Origin: Patescibacteria group bacterium
GTDB lineage: Bacteria > Patescibacteriota > Minisyncoccia > Phycocordibacterales > Phycocordibacteraceae
Direction of reading: 5' to 3'
NCBI GenBank assembly: GCA_030837225.1
Contig: JAUPKX010000014.1
Coordinates: 1 to 60,922 of the forward strand
Length of the DNA stretch: 60,922 nucleotides
In this document: positions 58,921 through 60,922 of the stretch, piece after piece
Position numbering within the stretch: the first letter of the stretch is position 1
How the letters are laid out: every line of letters begins with the position of its first letter
Position numbers and translations under genes: made by a program
Notes under the pieces: generated by a model
Told to the model about the DNA's origin: nothing
Databases searched by the model: none
What the model saw: the letters and a program-made list of their open reading frames with translations, nothing else

Positions 58921-59837
58921 TGCTGAAATATCTAAAACCAGTCTTTATCTATCTTGTACCGGTTCTCGCGGTTGCGGTCCTGGCGCATGTTGCATTCCGA
59001 ACGGAAGAGCTCTCTTCCATTAATCCGTTCTACAAGCCATGTGCAGAACCTCTTGCGTACGCTATTGATGGCTATGACGAGCGCTTCGGTATTTCTCGCG
59101 AAGAGTTTGCAGTGGCCGTTGCTGAAGCTGCCGCGCTCTGGAATGATGCGGCAGGAATTCAGGTCTTGGCTTTGAGTAGCGAACCTTCCGTATCTGTAGG
59201 CATGCTCTATGACGAGCGTCAGAGAGCAGTTGCACTCGGTGAGACTATCGGCGGAGAGCAGGGCGCATACGACACCATGAAGATGGAAGTCGAAAGACTG
59301 AATGATCAGTTCGTTACACTTCGCACATCTCATGAGGCGAAGAGCGCTTCTTTTGAACGGGACGTGCGTACGTACGAAGAAGAGGTTCAGATGTGGAATG
59401 CTAAGGGAGGTGCACCGCCAGCTGCCTATGAGGAGCTCGAAGCAAAGAAGCGAGAGCTTGAGCGTCGAAAGAAGACACTTGATGCTGGTGTAGCGGCTCT
59501 TAACGCTCTAATTGCTTCGATTCAGGCGCAGGTGTCGGGACTAAACGTGCTTGCTGAGCAAACGAACGAAAAGGTGAATACGTATAACAAAGCTCTCGGC
59601 CACGATTTCGATCAAGGAAACTATGTTGAGGACGAGGCCGGCAAGCGCATTACGATCTTTACGTTTGAAGATCGTATGGAGCTGAAGCGCGTGCTTGCGC
59701 ATGAGTTCGGACATGCGCTCGGTATCGGGCATCTTGAGGACGCGGGTGCCATTATGTATTCCTACAACATCGGAAACGAGCTTATCCTAACGGCAGAGGA
59801 CATGGCGGCACTGAAGGAGGTTTGCGAGATTGAGTAG
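58920..59837 (+). CDS. membrane-anchored matrixin-like (metzincin) zinc metalloprotease with a coiled-coil insert
   Basis: HEFGHALGIGH (HExxHxxGxxH) followed by IMY (Met-turn). N-terminal TM segment. Confidence 0.75.
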   Translation: MLKYLKPVFIYLVPVLAVAVLAHVAFRTEELSSINPFYKPCAEPLAYAIDGYDERFGISREEFAVAVAEAAALWNDAAGIQVLALSSEPSVSVGMLYDERQRAVALGETIGGEQGAYDTMKMEVERLNDQFVTLRTSHEAKSASFERDVRTYEEEVQMWNAKGGAPPAAYEELEAKKRELERRKKTLDAGVAALNALIASIQAQVSGLNVLAEQTNEKVNTYNKALGHDFDQGNYVEDEAGKRITIFTFEDRMELKRVLAHEFGHALGIGHLEDAGAIMYSYNIGNELILTAEDMAALKEVCEIE

Positions 59838-59882
59838 CTTGCGGGAGAAGTGATTTGCAGGCAGGATTAATGGTGTGCGCAT

Positions 59883-59953
59883 TGGGAGATCGTCTAATGG
59901 TCGGACAATTGCCTTTGAAGCAATGAATCTAGGTTCGATCCCTAGTCTCCCAG
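59883..59953 (+). tRNA. tRNA-Gln (anticodon TTG), U1-A72, G73, CCA not encoded
   Basis: TGGGAGATCGTCTAATGGTCGGACAATTGCCTTTGAAGCAATGAATCTAGGTTCGATCCCTAGTCTCCCAG. Confidence 0.85.
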
Positions 59954-59963
59954 CAATACGAAA

Positions 59964-59989
59964 CCGCGCTCCCTCCTAAGAGAGCGCGG
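59964..59989. terminator. hairpin after tRNA-Gln and the convergent small membrane gene
   Basis: ccgcgctc cctcctaaga gagcgcgg. Confidence 0.5.
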
Positions 59990-60003
59990 CTTGACTGGTG
60001 ACC

Positions 60004-60246
60004 TCACGCCTTTACGAGCATGTAGATCTGGAATAGGGTAAGCAGGACCCAGAGCAGAATTGAGCCGGCCCACACTTCCCGCGAAAGCTGCTTTCGCTTG
60101 AGTAGGAACAGCGCGATCATTCCGAGATAGATTGCAATCCTGACGGGACTCTGAATCGGACCGGTCCCGAGCACAAAGGTGAATAGCGCGGCCATGCCCG
60201 TGAACATCAGGTACCGACTATCGTAGTGATTTCGTACAGAGTTCAT
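60004..60246 (-). CDS. small membrane protein (80 aa), hypothetical
   Basis: Start set at ATG 60246, preceded by GGAGG with a 5 nt spacer. Contains hydrophobic helices. Confidence 0.5.
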   Translation of the reverse strand: MNSVRNHYDSRYLMFTGMAALFTFVLGTGPIQSPVRIAIYLGMIALFLLKRKQLSREVWAGSILLWVLLTLFQIYMLVKA

Positions 60247-60339
60247 CTCAACCTCCAAAAGAACCTGGGCGCATTAGAGCATACTGCCACAAAAGGTTCC
60301 AACATCGTCCCAGACTGCCAGCTAAGCTATACTCAATAT

Positions 60340-60747
60340 ATGAGTGAAATCAAACACATATGCCTTTGTGGCTCTATGTCCGTTCTTCCACGTATTCTCG
60401 AGATTAAGAACACTCTCGAATTAAAAGGAATGATTGTAGAAACTCCTAGTCTTGATGAGCCGAGCGACTACTCGACGCTCTCTGAAGAGGATCGTGCACC
60501 CATAAAAACCGAAATGATCAGACGTCATCTAGAGCGGATTAAGACGTCCGATGCGATTCTTGTGGTGAATGAGACTGCTAAAGGAGTCGAGAACTATATT
60601 GGTGCAAATTCATTCCTCGAAATGGGTATCGCATTCGCGCTCGAAAAGCCAATTCTCTTGTTGAATTCTGTTCCTCAGCAGCCTAATCGTGATGAATTGC
60701 TGGGGCTTAATCCAACAGAGCTTAAAGGAGATCTGGATTCTATATAG
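60340..60747 (+). CDS. nucleoside 2-deoxyribosyltransferase-like protein
   Basis: MSEIKHICLCGSMS...DAILVVN...IGANSFLEMGIAFALEKPILLL resembles the flavodoxin-like NDT family. TATACT lies 6 nt upstream of the ATG. Confidence 0.5.
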   Translation: MSEIKHICLCGSMSVLPRILEIKNTLELKGMIVETPSLDEPSDYSTLSEEDRAPIKTEMIRRHLERIKTSDAILVVNETAKGVENYIGANSFLEMGIAFALEKPILLLNSVPQQPNRDELLGLNPTELKGDLDSI

Positions 60748-60833
60748 GTTCCAACATCATTCCATCCAGTTAACTCGTAGTACGTCCCTCGGCTTGCATG
60801 GTGGTACATTCAACCTCTAAACGCAACACCTAA

Positions 60834-60922
60834 CTATTAAATACCTCCTCCGGTGTCTTGTACCCAAGCCGCTTCCTCGGACGATTGTTTAAAGCATACT
60901 CTATGTCTCGTATCCGCGAAGC
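60834..60922 (-). mobile_element. 3' end (C-terminal 28 codons) of an IS30-family transposase gene entering from the right edge
   Basis: My reverse-strand translation is ASRIRDIEYALNNRPRKRLGYKTPEEVFNS*. The LNNRPRK.LG..TP.EVF tail is characteristic of IS30 transposases. Confidence 0.6.

Overview
This is a gene-dense bacterial chromosome segment, about half G+C by eye, and almost entirely housekeeping. It carries valS, tsaD, tsaC, cspA, trxB, ftsZ, ftsA, ybeY, rpsU, lepB, pth, rpsA, gyrA, alr, rbfA, infB, clpB, rpmG, miaA, parB, rel, topA, dprA, serS, dus and dnaX, plus 10 scattered tRNA genes.

Several proteins are shortened: ValRS is 716 aa, IF-2 is 494 aa and DprA is 228 aa. There are many orphan small membrane proteins and families of VirB2/TrbC-topology pilin-like genes. 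Together these suggest a reduced-genome, Patescibacteria/CPR-like organism. That assignment is an inference, not a demonstration.

The points most worth a second look are:
1. A three-gene operon (43673-46162) in which pilin-like membrane modules are fused to a lytic-transglycosylase-like domain and to a LAS/M15-like peptidase domain. There is also a separate tandem array of five small pilin-like paralogs (30830-32803).
2. A multi-pass membrane protein fused to a cytochrome b5-like domain and a cytochrome cd1/NirS-type beta-propeller (7708-9792).
3. A duplicated module of a 22-23 codon micro-ORF plus hairpin, flanking an acidic orphan gene. The two copies differ mainly by synonymous changes and one compensatory stem change.
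4. A pervasive layout in which a TAnnnT -10 box sits 6-10 nt upstream of start codons (leaderless mRNAs) and 8-10 nt upstream of mature tRNA 5' ends.
5. A contrasting minority of genes, many of them G+C-rich orphans, that have canonical Shine-Dalgarno sites and GC-rich hairpin terminators.
6. A roughly 200 nt structured non-coding gap with a reverse-strand terminator.

No CRISPR array, rRNA or complete mobile element is present. The C-terminal end of an IS30-type transposase enters at the right edge.
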